64,000 nt of DNA from Spirochaetia bacterium (GTDB taxonomy: Bacteria; Spirochaetota; Spirochaetia; DSM-27196; Salinispiraceae): contig JBBRCZ010000012.1 of assembly GCA_038204425.1 (NCBI GenBank), positions 1 to 64,000 of the forward strand, in the 5' to 3' direction. The notes under the pieces were generated by a model. It saw only the letters and a list, made by a program, of their open reading frames with translations. It ran no database searches and was not told the origin of the DNA. Both the position numbers and the translations under genes were made by a program. This document shows positions 40,078 through 49,399 of the stretch, in pieces; positions within the stretch are counted from its first letter, which is position 1; every line of letters starts with the position of its first letter.

Positions 40078-41835
40078 TTGCCGCGATGGGATTTGCGTGC
40101 AATCTACAGCTCTTTGGAGGGCAAGGACTGGATCGCCGCAAAAAAGAAGTGTTTGGATTCCATCGCTAGGTTAGAAGCTTGCTTGCACAAGCTTGAGCGA
40201 GCCGAGCACGCACTTGAAGCAGAGCAACTGCTTTTCTTGATCGACTGCGTGAGTAGGCTCAGCAGTCTCTATGCCAACCTGTCGAGTTATGTCTACGCGC
40301 ACTATTCGGTCGCAACTGATGATCCGCTATCTTTGAGCGAAACGAACGCCATAGAGAGTTTGGGCCTGCCCTTGCAAGCCCAGTATACGCGCTTTAGGAA
40401 TCTGTTAAACCAGCATTCTAGCTTGGTCAAAACGCTTTGTATGCCAGGACAACCGCTGGAACCTTACCGATTTGTCCTTGAGGAGCAAATTTTTTTGGCT
40501 AGTCGCCAGTTGAGTCCCCAAGAAGAAGCCATCGTCTCTGACCTTCAACGGTCGGGGAGTGAAGCATTTTGTAGGTTACAAGAGGCACTTTCGGCAAGTC
40601 TTAGCTGCAAATGGCACGATGGCCGAAAAAAAACCATGGTAGAACTACGCGGCCTTGCCCATGATCCAGATCCCAAGCTAAGAGAATTGGCCTGGCAAAA
40701 AGAGATCGATTTGTGGCACCAACACCGTATTGCATTTGCTGCCAGTCTTAATGGTTGCAAAGGGACGGCCTTGAGTCTGGACCAACGCCGCGGATGGAAG
40801 TCAAATTTAGAAAAATCACTTAACCAGTCTCGACTCAGTGAGCGAGCCATGGATTTGCTTATTGCTAACGCAGAGAAACTCTTGCCGAGCTTTAGACGCT
40901 ATCTTAAGGCCAAAGCCCGATTTTTGGATAAGCCTCAACTGGCCTTTTATGATCTGTTTGCTCCACTTGATAGCCAGCATAAAACTTGGTCTTTCGCCGA
41001 AGCACGTATTTACATCATAGAACGATTCTCTGAGTTTTCACCCGAGCTTGGCCAGTTTGCAATGCTGGCAATTGACGAAAAGTGGATAGATGCCCAAGCC
41101 CGCAGCGCCAAGGTTGGTGGCGCCTATTGCATTGATTTTCCAGAAACCGGCCAAAGTCGGATAATGGTCAATTTTACGGGTAGCTTTGATTCAGTAATAA
41201 CCTTGGCACATGAACTCGGTCACGCTTGGCACAGTCACTTGCTTGCCAAAAGTCCATGGCTATTGCGAGACTATCCAATGACCCTGGCCGAAACAGCAAG
41301 TCTATTCTGTGAAACAATAGTCTTTGATGCGGAATTGGCGCGTGCCAAGGGTCAACAACGACTAGTTTTGTTAGAGATGCGTCTTTCTGACCTTTGCCAA
41401 ATTATTGTAGATATCTTGTCGCGCTACTATTTTGAAAAGAAGGTCTTTGAGATACGAGCTGAAAGAGAACTTCAACCCGAGGAGTTTTGCCGACTTATGT
41501 TGGATGCACAGGAACATTGCTACGGCGACGCCCTGACTGAACGTTGGCGCCATGCTTACATGTGGGCGGCCAAAGGTCACTACTACCATGCTGAGCTTAA
41601 TTTCTACAATTATCCATATGCCTTTGGCCAGCTATTTGCCTTGGGGTTGCACGCAGCATACAAAGAACAATCAAATGGCTTTGTAGAACGCTACAAGGCA
41701 TTGCTTATACAAACAGGTAGTCTCGACTGTTCAACTTTGTGTCGACAGGTCGGAATAGACATCGAAAACCAAAGTTTTTGGCAGGGTTCGCTTGACCAGA
41801 TCAACGATCTAATAGATGAATTTGACAAGATCTAG
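40078..41835 (+). CDS. pepF: M3B oligoendopeptidase F (start uncertain: TTG 40054 or 40078)
   Basis: PRWDL, KVGGAYC, TLAHELGHAWH, LAETAS, FYNYPYAFG. Confidence 0.88.
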   Translation: MPRWDLRAIYSSLEGKDWIAAKKKCLDSIARLEACLHKLERAEHALEAEQLLFLIDCVSRLSSLYANLSSYVYAHYSVATDDPLSLSETNAIESLGLPLQAQYTRFRNLLNQHSSLVKTLCMPGQPLEPYRFVLEEQIFLASRQLSPQEEAIVSDLQRSGSEAFCRLQEALSASLSCKWHDGRKKTMVELRGLAHDPDPKLRELAWQKEIDLWHQHRIAFAASLNGCKGTALSLDQRRGWKSNLEKSLNQSRLSERAMDLLIANAEKLLPSFRRYLKAKARFLDKPQLAFYDLFAPLDSQHKTWSFAEARIYIIERFSEFSPELGQFAMLAIDEKWIDAQARSAKVGGAYCIDFPETGQSRIMVNFTGSFDSVITLAHELGHAWHSHLLAKSPWLLRDYPMTLAETASLFCETIVFDAELARAKGQQRLVLLEMRLSDLCQIIVDILSRYYFEKKVFEIRAERELQPEEFCRLMLDAQEHCYGDALTERWRHAYMWAAKGHYYHAELNFYNYPYAFGQLFALGLHAAYKEQSNGFVERYKALLIQTGSLDCSTLCRQVGIDIENQSFWQGSLDQINDLIDEFDKI

Positions 41836-41894
41836 AAATCATTGTCAAACAATCGTATTTATACTTAGTTCAACTATAATAAAATGGGGATGAG

Positions 41895-42998
41895 ATGAGA
41901 AAAGCACGAAAAGTTGGAATTTTGGGTGCCGGTGCTTGGGGTACGGCTGTGGCGAGTGTCTTGAGTAAGGCTGGCAACCAGGTTCAAATCTGGGCCTTTG
42001 AAGGCGATGTCGTAAACGACATCAACAAAAACCATAGCAATTCTCGCTACTTGCCAGGTGCGGCCTTGTCGCCAAGCCTAGAGGCATCTGGAGACCTCAA
42101 GCTTGTAGCAAATAACAAGGATTTTGTGATTGTCGCCACTCCTTCCTTGTTTACCTTGCCACTTATCAAGACTCTTATCACCATTCCCTCAATTCTAGAA
42201 GGAAACACCCATATTGGCGTCTTAACCAAAGGATTTATTCCAACGCCACGTGGCAACAAATTGGTACTGCAGGCGATTGAAGATTATCTACCGGGGATTT
42301 ATAAAGACAATCTGGTTTATATCTCGGGGCCAAGTCACGCAGAAGAGGTAGTGCAAGGCAAGATTACCGCTTTGGTTGCCGCAAGCCGCAATCCACTAAA
42401 TGCAATTAGATTTAAGCACCTGCTTAACGCGGGACCTTTGATGGTGTTTTCCAGCCTTGACACCATCGGCGTTCAAGTTAGTGCCGCAGTCAAAAACGTT
42501 ATTGCCATTGCGTTTGGGATTTTGGACGCACTTAAAGAGCAGAGCAACTTTGTAGGAGACAACACTGAGAGCTTGCTTTTGGCGGCCGGACTTAATGAGA
42601 TACAATCCTTGGCGACTGCACTTGGATCCAGCCATCCTTCAAAGACTCTAACCAGCATCGCGGGCGTCGGAGACTTGGACGTCACCTGTAGGTCCATACA
42701 CGGCCGAAATCGACGCTTTGGTCGCGAGATTATACTCAAAAAGGCTCTTGAACCTTTTGCAAACCTCGACGACTTTTTGGTCAATTTCAGCAAGCTTGGC
42801 TACCTTCCAGAAGGTGCAGCAGCTGCAAAGCATGTCCGAGATTTTGTGGATTTTTATGGGTTAAGAATGCCAATCAGTATGGGGGTCTATAGAATTCTTA
42901 ACAAAGAAAGTGATCCGCTTGAAGAAGTCAAAAACTTTCTCAGAATACTTGCCGGCAACTACGAACTTGAAATGCCTCTCGATCAAGCATTGATCTAG
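41895..42998 (+). CDS. gpsA: NAD(P)H-dependent glycerol-3-phosphate dehydrogenase
   Basis: GAGAWGTA, TKG, SGPSHAEEV, KNVIAIA, GVGDLDVTC, RNRRFG. Confidence 0.95.
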   Translation: MRKARKVGILGAGAWGTAVASVLSKAGNQVQIWAFEGDVVNDINKNHSNSRYLPGAALSPSLEASGDLKLVANNKDFVIVATPSLFTLPLIKTLITIPSILEGNTHIGVLTKGFIPTPRGNKLVLQAIEDYLPGIYKDNLVYISGPSHAEEVVQGKITALVAASRNPLNAIRFKHLLNAGPLMVFSSLDTIGVQVSAAVKNVIAIAFGILDALKEQSNFVGDNTESLLLAAGLNEIQSLATALGSSHPSKTLTSIAGVGDLDVTCRSIHGRNRRFGREIILKKALEPFANLDDFLVNFSKLGYLPEGAAAAKHVRDFVDFYGLRMPISMGVYRILNKESDPLEEVKNFLRILAGNYELEMPLDQALI

Positions 42999-43027
42999 TC
43001 ACATGATAACTTGGTCCAATGAATTCC

Positions 43028-43453
43028 TTAGCGTCCAAAAGAATTGATGTTAACCTGACTAAGTGGCTTACCGTCAAAGGTAACGCTTCGTTGAGAGGCG
43101 AGTTCTGTCAATTTTGAACTTACAAGGCCAAACGAAAAACCGTAGGCGCGAGAAAACATGTACAAGAGTTTAAGTTCTTCGGTTGAGACATCACCGTCGA
43201 TTACTATCATGTTGAGTATATCTTGCATATGACTTAGCCGTTGATCCTGACTTTCAGGGATGAGAATTTTGACAGCGACAGGGCTTTCTACAATCGCTAG
43301 CAACTCTTGGTTATCGATTCCATATTTGTTTCCCACATGTGCAAGAAGATCCACTTCATTTTTGTCAATCAGACCATCTGCAGCAATCACCGACAGCAAA
43401 TTTACCATCAAAGATTTGTTTTCTTTCTTCTGTTGTGATTCAAATACTGCCAC
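43028..43453 (-). CDS. TerB-like domain protein
   Basis: AADGLIDKNE and IDGDVSTEE paired motifs. Confidence 0.7.
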   Translation of the reverse strand: MAVFESQQKKENKSLMVNLLSVIAADGLIDKNEVDLLAHVGNKYGIDNQELLAIVESPVAVKILIPESQDQRLSHMQDILNMIVIDGDVSTEELKLLYMFSRAYGFSFGLVSSKLTELASQRSVTFDGKPLSQVNINSFGR

Positions 43454-43533
43454 CGTTGATTATCCTTTTTTGCTAGCTTTTGCCACCTGTTACAGGTGTT
43501 GACAGCCAAGGCCCTTGGCCTTACCTTGTTGCA

Positions 43534-44484
43534 ATGATAGACCGCATTTCCAAAATAACTCAATCACTATTAGAAAGCTACCACACAATTGGCGGCATAA
43601 ATCATCTTTCTGGCCCCAACTTACCTAGTAAGATGGCAATAGCTGCGATTATAGAAGACTTGGAAAGCTTGATCTTCCCTGGCTTTAAGTCCGAAGACGC
43701 CTTGGAACATGGAAGTCTTGGTTTTACCATAAACGAGAAAGTAAATCGTCTGATTCGTACTCTTAGCACCGAGATTTTACGAAGCCTTTGCTACGAGCGC
43801 CGCATCGCCGGTGACAACACTACCTGCCAACACGTGGAAGGTTCTGTGGCGGGCAAGCTCAATTTGGTTTGCCAAAAAGAAGCAGAAACACTTGCTACAG
43901 AACTGGTAGAAAAATTGCCAATCATAAGAGACCAACTTAAGCTTGATGTCGACGCTGCGTTTGCTGGCGACCCGGCATCCAAGTCGAGAGAAGAAGTAAT
44001 ACTCTCTTACCCCGGCCTAGAGGCTATAACTATCCACCGTTTTGCCCATCAGATTTGGAACCTCAAGGTCCCTCTCATTCCGCGGCTGATGAGTGAAATT
44101 TCCCATTCTCGCACAGGCATTGATATTCACCCTGGCGCAAGCATAGGCGATTCATTTTTCATCGACCATGGCACCGGCGTGGTCATTGGTGAGACGAGCA
44201 TCATTGGAAACCGCGTCAAGCTCTATCAAGGCGTCACCTTGGGTGCACTTTCTGTTAAAAAAGAAGAAGCCAATCGAAAACGTCACCCAACTCTTGAAGA
44301 TGAAGTAACCGTATACGCTGGAGCTACCATTTTGGGCGGTCGAACCACAATTGGCGCAGGATCTATAATTGGCGGCAATGTTTGGGTTACCACTTCACTT
44401 CCGGCTGGAAGTCGTGTATCACTTAAAGATCCAGAACTCAATATTCGCAACCAATTTCAAGAGCTGCAGGAATATTCAATTTAG
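43534..44484 (+). CDS. cysE: Serine O-acetyltransferase (EpsC-type)
   Basis: GDPA, SYPG, TGIDIHPGA, IDHGTGVVIGET, KRHPT. Confidence 0.92.
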   Translation: MIDRISKITQSLLESYHTIGGINHLSGPNLPSKMAIAAIIEDLESLIFPGFKSEDALEHGSLGFTINEKVNRLIRTLSTEILRSLCYERRIAGDNTTCQHVEGSVAGKLNLVCQKEAETLATELVEKLPIIRDQLKLDVDAAFAGDPASKSREEVILSYPGLEAITIHRFAHQIWNLKVPLIPRLMSEISHSRTGIDIHPGASIGDSFFIDHGTGVVIGETSIIGNRVKLYQGVTLGALSVKKEEANRKRHPTLEDEVTVYAGATILGGRTTIGAGSIIGGNVWVTTSLPAGSRVSLKDPELNIRNQFQELQEYSI

Positions 44485-44496
44485 GCAGGCCGTAAG

Positions 44497-44769
44497 ATGA
44501 GTTTTTTCGAAGCAGGCATGCTGATTTGTTTTGGTCTCTCCTGGCCAATTAGCATTTACAAATCATGGAAGACACGTCGTGTCGGGTCCAAAAGCGTTAT
44601 TTTTTTGTTTTTTGTACTTTTGGGTTATGGCGCAGGAGTTGCCCATAAATTTTTGTACAGTAGAGATATAGTTATAGTCTTTTATGTGCTGAATGCGCTA
44701 ATGGTCTTGATTGATATCCTGCTCTACTATCGCAATCGTTACCTAGCTATCAAAGAGGAGCTACAATGA
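44497..44769 (+). CDS. Small 3-TM PQ-loop/SemiSWEET-like membrane protein
   Basis: MLICFGLSWPISIYKS, KSVIFL, YVLNALMV. Confidence 0.7.
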   Translation: MSFFEAGMLICFGLSWPISIYKSWKTRRVGSKSVIFLFFVLLGYGAGVAHKFLYSRDIVIVFYVLNALMVLIDILLYYRNRYLAIKEELQ

Positions 44770-45242
44770 AGGTCCTAATTGCTTATGCCTCACGTTATGG
44801 TGCTACCCAAACTATCGCTGAGAAGCTGGCTGGATTTTTTCCTGCCGAGGCAGAACTCGTTAACCTCAACGAGCAGACGCCTGCCACCATAGAAGGATTT
44901 ACCCACATTTTTCTTGGTGGACCTGTTTACGCAGGCAGACTCAGCTCCAAAGTTGGGCGCTTTGCGGAACGTTTTAAGGACGAGCTGCAAAAAATCCCGT
45001 GCGCGATTTTTCTTGCTAGTCTTGCACAAGGTGCTCGCGCACAAGAGTACTTAGAACAAAGCTTTCCGGCTTGGCTATTGGCTCACAGCTCCAGTCGAGA
45101 ACCAGTTGGCGGAGCAATAACGCTCAGCCGCATGGGCTTCTTGACTCGCTTCCTGCTCAAAAAAGCAGCAGGCATTAGCGCCGACAAAGACGTCATCAAC
45201 TACCAAGCTATTGAAAGACTTGCTAAGACTTTCTTGCCTTAG
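44766..45242 (+). CDS. Flavodoxin-domain protein (HemG-like)
   Basis: YASRYGAT, GGPVYAG; ATGA overlap with the upstream gene. Confidence 0.8.
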   Translation: MKVLIAYASRYGATQTIAEKLAGFFPAEAELVNLNEQTPATIEGFTHIFLGGPVYAGRLSSKVGRFAERFKDELQKIPCAIFLASLAQGARAQEYLEQSFPAWLLAHSSSREPVGGAITLSRMGFLTRFLLKKAAGISADKDVINYQAIERLAKTFLP

Positions 45243-45289
45243 CTAGACTAGACTGCCAAGACTAGAATCCACACAAGCACTAGAGTCTT

Positions 45290-46489
45290 CTACTGAGGAA
45301 GCTTTTTGAGCAACTCTTTGATTTCGCGAATAATCTGTCCATCGTGGCCTGCAAACTCACCATCCATCAAAACGGGCCTGACGCGAGGCGATTTTGCAAT
45401 GCCAGCAGCTACCAAAATTTGGCGATAGATAGTTTTTTCGCGGGTTGTAATTAGATTGGTTTTTTGACGTTGATTGTACTCTGCTAAGCGAGATATTAAA
45501 AAATCAACGGCCGGCGCACTTGCATTAGTACCAAGTACAAGATAGGCGAGTAGAATCTCGTCATCGTTAAGTTCCTGCAATATGGCCTGGGATATTATTG
45601 CGACCGATTGACTAGTAGTATCGCCGTTGTCGCGCATAATCTCCAATGTTTTCTTGCGCACCTTGTCGGCATCCATCTGCCTGAGTGTTTTGTTCTCGTG
45701 AACTTGAACCATCTCTTTGAGGGTTGCTCGCGCCAAGTCAACTTTGCGCGACGGACTTGCCTTCGATTTTTCTGCTGCCAGCAAAGCAGCATATCTATAC
45801 GTGGAATCCTTACTAACCGAAACGATACCAATCAAAATGTCTATGGGATCCTCAACTATAACTTGCAGGGCAGCCTCTGCACTCGACTTTACTAGCGAAG
45901 GTCCCGAGTACCATCCAAAAGACGCAAGAAAAACCGCCTCATAGCCAAGCGGTGACTTCATAAGTTCAAGCGATCGAACTAAGCCAAAGGCAAGAATTTC
46001 TTGGTCGCGACTGTCCGCCAAACGCGGATTAAGGTTGATTGCCATTAGGTCTCGAGACAGAACCGGCACGAAATCTGTGGCTCGCATCTTGCCCAAAGAA
46101 ATTGCGGCCTCAGCTCGCAAGAGTGCATCGCTGCTGTTTTTATAAATCTCAAATATCAAATCAGAGCTCTCTAGAGCTCGGAGCTCGCCGCATTCTTGGA
46201 TTATTATCTTGGCCAAGGCGATGCGACTTTTGGTGATATCAGGAAAGGCTCGATTCTCAATCTTTGAGTTGTAGACGTTTTGCAGTGCGTCTTTTAGCAA
46301 AGGAACAAAGGCTCTATCCTTTAACTCAATGATACGCAACATAACTGAATAACGCTGCTCGTCACTAGTCGAACTTCTGTAGATTTTTTCCCAGACAGCT
46401 GTCGACTCATTTTGAGCAAAGACAGAATGACCAGCAAAACCCACTATAAATACAAAGGCCAGGACAGTCGCCGCAATTTTTTTGTTCAT
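45290..46489 (-). CDS. Exported HEAT-repeat protein
   Basis: Signal peptide; helical repeats such as LRAEAAISLGKM. Confidence 0.7.
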   Translation of the reverse strand: MNKKIAATVLAFVFIVGFAGHSVFAQNESTAVWEKIYRSSTSDEQRYSVMLRIIELKDRAFVPLLKDALQNVYNSKIENRAFPDITKSRIALAKIIIQECGELRALESSDLIFEIYKNSSDALLRAEAAISLGKMRATDFVPVLSRDLMAINLNPRLADSRDQEILAFGLVRSLELMKSPLGYEAVFLASFGWYSGPSLVKSSAEAALQVIVEDPIDILIGIVSVSKDSTYRYAALLAAEKSKASPSRKVDLARATLKEMVQVHENKTLRQMDADKVRKKTLEIMRDNGDTTSQSVAIISQAILQELNDDEILLAYLVLGTNASAPAVDFLISRLAEYNQRQKTNLITTREKTIYRQILVAAGIAKSPRVRPVLMDGEFAGHDGQIIREIKELLKKLPQ

Positions 46490-46537
46490 TTCAATTCCTC
46501 ACTTACCACAATCGATTGGCATCATCAAAAAGCGCCA

Positions 46538-47437
46538 TCACTTATCTGCAAGTTCTAGGCCACGCCAAACCTTTTGGTTGATTTCCAACACACGACCTCG
46601 GGCGTCATACAAGATAGACTTCATTTCGTTACCGGCTCGGTCAAGATCGATTAATCTCTTACGTAACAACACACCTGAGCCATTCCGTTCTTCCCTGCTT
46701 AGAGTCAGGTTATCGTAGCTCTGACTAATTATCAAGCTTAGCAGACCCTTATCGTCAAGTTCCTTCTTTTCCACCAGCCTAGATTGACTATCATATGAAT
46801 AGAGAAATCGTTTTACTAGCTTGGACCCTGCGTCCTTAACCTGGCTCTCAACTACTAAACCATTTTGATATTGATACTCGGTTATACTCAGCACGATGCC
46901 AGAGCCATCAATCACAACCCATCGAAGTTCGTTGCCTTGCGAATCATAGCTATAGGTACTCTTCGACTGAAGTTGGCCATTAGCATTGAGAAGCGTTTCC
47001 TCTAAAACATGGCCATGCTGATCGAGAATCAGTCTACCTTTGGCAATTACCGATCCGGTTGCCGTCTGTGTGGCAAAGTCGGCTGTGTCCTTGTCATACA
47101 AATAGGTTTTTGTACGTAGAACTTGGCCTTTTCCGTTACGATTCTCAACAAGCAGCGGTCTAGCGAGCTGATCATAGGTGGTGATTATTTCGGAAACAAG
47201 CTCCCCATCAGGGAAGAAGGTCCGTTCTTCGCTCAAACGAAACGTTAATTTGCTCTTGGTGACGACTTGCGAGAGTGCATTGTTGTGGTTCTGATTTGGC
47301 GATCCCTGTAAAAGCGTGCCTTGAGTAGTTGAAACATTGGTTTGGCTAGTTGTCGACTGGCAAGTTGACAAACCAAGACACAGCAAGAGAATTCCGGCAG
47401 TTATTCCAGCAGTTATCGGTGAATAATTAAAACGCAT
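46538..47437 (-). CDS. YD/RHS-like repeat lipoprotein
   Basis: Lipobox LSTC; repeated YxYD..G motifs. Confidence 0.7.
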   Translation of the reverse strand: MRFNYSPITAGITAGILLLCLGLSTCQSTTSQTNVSTTQGTLLQGSPNQNHNNALSQVVTKSKLTFRLSEERTFFPDGELVSEIITTYDQLARPLLVENRNGKGQVLRTKTYLYDKDTADFATQTATGSVIAKGRLILDQHGHVLEETLLNANGQLQSKSTYSYDSQGNELRWVVIDGSGIVLSITEYQYQNGLVVESQVKDAGSKLVKRFLYSYDSQSRLVEKKELDDKGLLSLIISQSYDNLTLSREERNGSGVLLRKRLIDLDRAGNEMKSILYDARGRVLEINQKVWRGLELADK

Positions 47438-47492
47438 TGCTTACCTCTGTCTTAAAGCTAAGTCAAACTAAGGTATAGAGCAAGATTTACTG

Positions 47493-48563
47493 TTATTTGC
47501 TTTTGGCCAAACTTGTATTGAGCGCGGCTTCAAATTGTGCCAAGGATTTTGCTTTTTCGCCAGCTGACATAAAGCTTGCCTTGATACCGTTTCGCATCAG
47601 CTCAAAGACTTCGGCATCGTCAAATCCCGTCAGCTGAGCCAGGCTAAGGTACTCTTGGTCTAGTTGTATGTTAAACAAAACAGGGTCGTCGGTATTTACC
47701 GTTACAAGCAAACCTTTGTCGTAAAAGGCTCTAATAGGATGGTCTTCATAGCGAGTTACGTATTTCCCGGTCACTATGTTACTCTTTGGGCAGATTTCTA
47801 GAGCAACTCCGTGCTCCCTCATATAATCTAACAACTTAGCATCTTCCAAAGAACTAGTTCCGTGACCAATTCTTGACGCTCCAAGCTCCTTAACCGCATC
47901 CCAAACGGACTCAGGACCAACTTCTTCGCCTGCGTGAGCAACGGTATACAGGCCCGCCTCCTGCGCTTGTTTAAATAGTGGTTTGTAAATTATGCAAGGA
48001 TTGCCACTTTCCTGGCCACCAAGTCCAATGCCAACAATTCGTTTGTTACCGGTTTTGGTTCGATAGCGCAGGGTCAAATCCAAGTTGCGCTTGGCGTTGT
48101 CAAAGCCAAATGACCTAGAAATGTCAATAATCAACTTTATGTCGGGGCCGCCTTTTTTGGCGATGTTTTCAAACCCTTCTAGTACCGGAGCAATCATATC
48201 GTCAAAATCAACCAAGCCTTGCCTAAGTACCATAGACGGAGAAATGTATAACTCCATATAGACGATATTGTTGCGCAAAGCGTAAGAATGAACGTCCTTA
48301 ACAAAGTATAAAAAGTCTTCTGGCTTTTTGAACAAGGTTTGTAAAAAAAAGAAGTTCTTGATCATGTCCTTAAGACTGGTAATTTCTAAGAGCTTATTGA
48401 AATCTTCTGGACTCTTTAGAGATGGGTTTGCTTGATATTTTTGATTGAGCTCATGGTAGGATTCATAGCTAACGGTAGCCTCAGCATGAATATGGAGCTC
48501 GGTCTTTGGAAGCATATGTATAATCGAGTCCAAATTTTTAGTGTTCTTATCTGAAAGCCCCAA
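47493..48563 (-). CDS. add: Adenosine/adenine deaminase
   Basis: PKTELHIH, AHAGE, RIGHG, CPKSN, NTDDP. Confidence 0.9.
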   Translation of the reverse strand: MGLSDKNTKNLDSIIHMLPKTELHIHAEATVSYESYHELNQKYQANPSLKSPEDFNKLLEITSLKDMIKNFFFLQTLFKKPEDFLYFVKDVHSYALRNNIVYMELYISPSMVLRQGLVDFDDMIAPVLEGFENIAKKGGPDIKLIIDISRSFGFDNAKRNLDLTLRYRTKTGNKRIVGIGLGGQESGNPCIIYKPLFKQAQEAGLYTVAHAGEEVGPESVWDAVKELGASRIGHGTSSLEDAKLLDYMREHGVALEICPKSNIVTGKYVTRYEDHPIRAFYDKGLLVTVNTDDPVLFNIQLDQEYLSLAQLTGFDDAEVFELMRNGIKASFMSAGEKAKSLAQFEAALNTSLAKSK

Positions 48564-48667
48564 AGGTCCCCCCTAGCTTATAGTTGTATATCGACAGCAA
48601 GGAGAAATAAATTCATACCAAGTTGTTCAAAATGGCCAAAAAATGCCCAACGGGTGTGCTTAAATTG

Positions 48668-49390
48668 CTATTGTTGAGAAAGATTGTTTCTTCGTCCAAA
48701 AAGTAAATCAAAACCTTCGTACAAAAGATTGCTTCTCGGAATCACATGCCCACCTAGAAACGAAGTGTACCAAGACAAAATTCCTGCTTGTTTGCTTAGC
48801 GCGGCTGCAGCTTCCATGCCCCTGATTCGGTCAGCGCTGTCCGTGTTGCCAATCAAGAAAACTATGCGCTTTTTATGGTCTTTTAGGTACTTGAGTTGCG
48901 CCTTTGTGGCCGGATAGCTACACCGACTTGCTACGATAAGTGCCCCAGCAAAAAGTTCTTTGTGCCGGATCATGAAGGCCCAAGAAAGATCACCGCCCAA
49001 AGAATAACCATTGGTATAAATCTGTTGCTCATCGATAGGAAACTCTTTTTTAGCTCGATCAATATCCTTGAGCAAGCGGGCTTCATACCAAGCAATATAG
49101 GACATAAAATCAGGCAAATATTCGTTGCGTTCGGTTCTACCTTGTGGAATGAGGGCTATATAATTGTCAATTTGCAAGTAGTCAGAAACCGCATCAAAAT
49201 ATCGTTCGGACGTACCGGTGGTAAAGGGCAAGAAGACAATTAATGGGTAGAGCCTTCCCGCTTGGATTTGGCCCACCTGCCTGATTTGTGCCGGCTCATC
49301 GAGGTAGGATGGTCGACTTTGTGTCGCAAACAATTGAAAACTCGACACCAGCAAAATTGCCCAAACAAGAATTCCTTGCCGCCTTAACAT
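48668..49390 (-). CDS. Exported alpha/beta-hydrolase (esterase-like)
   Basis: YPLIVFL, GYSLGG nucleophile elbow, GNTD, GGH. Confidence 0.75.
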   Translation of the reverse strand: MLRRQGILVWAILLVSSFQLFATQSRPSYLDEPAQIRQVGQIQAGRLYPLIVFLPFTTGTSERYFDAVSDYLQIDNYIALIPQGRTERNEYLPDFMSYIAWYEARLLKDIDRAKKEFPIDEQQIYTNGYSLGGDLSWAFMIRHKELFAGALIVASRCSYPATKAQLKYLKDHKKRIVFLIGNTDSADRIRGMEAAAALSKQAGILSWYTSFLGGHVIPRSNLLYEGFDLLFGRRNNLSQQ

Positions 49391-49399
49391 CTTCTCACC

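Noticed and set aside
43028..43453. Tellurite-resistance or defence island
   Set aside because: A single TerB-like gene with no other ter or defence genes beside it
46538..47437. Rhs polymorphic toxin
   Set aside because: Short lipoprotein with no DPxG core end, toxin tip or immunity gene
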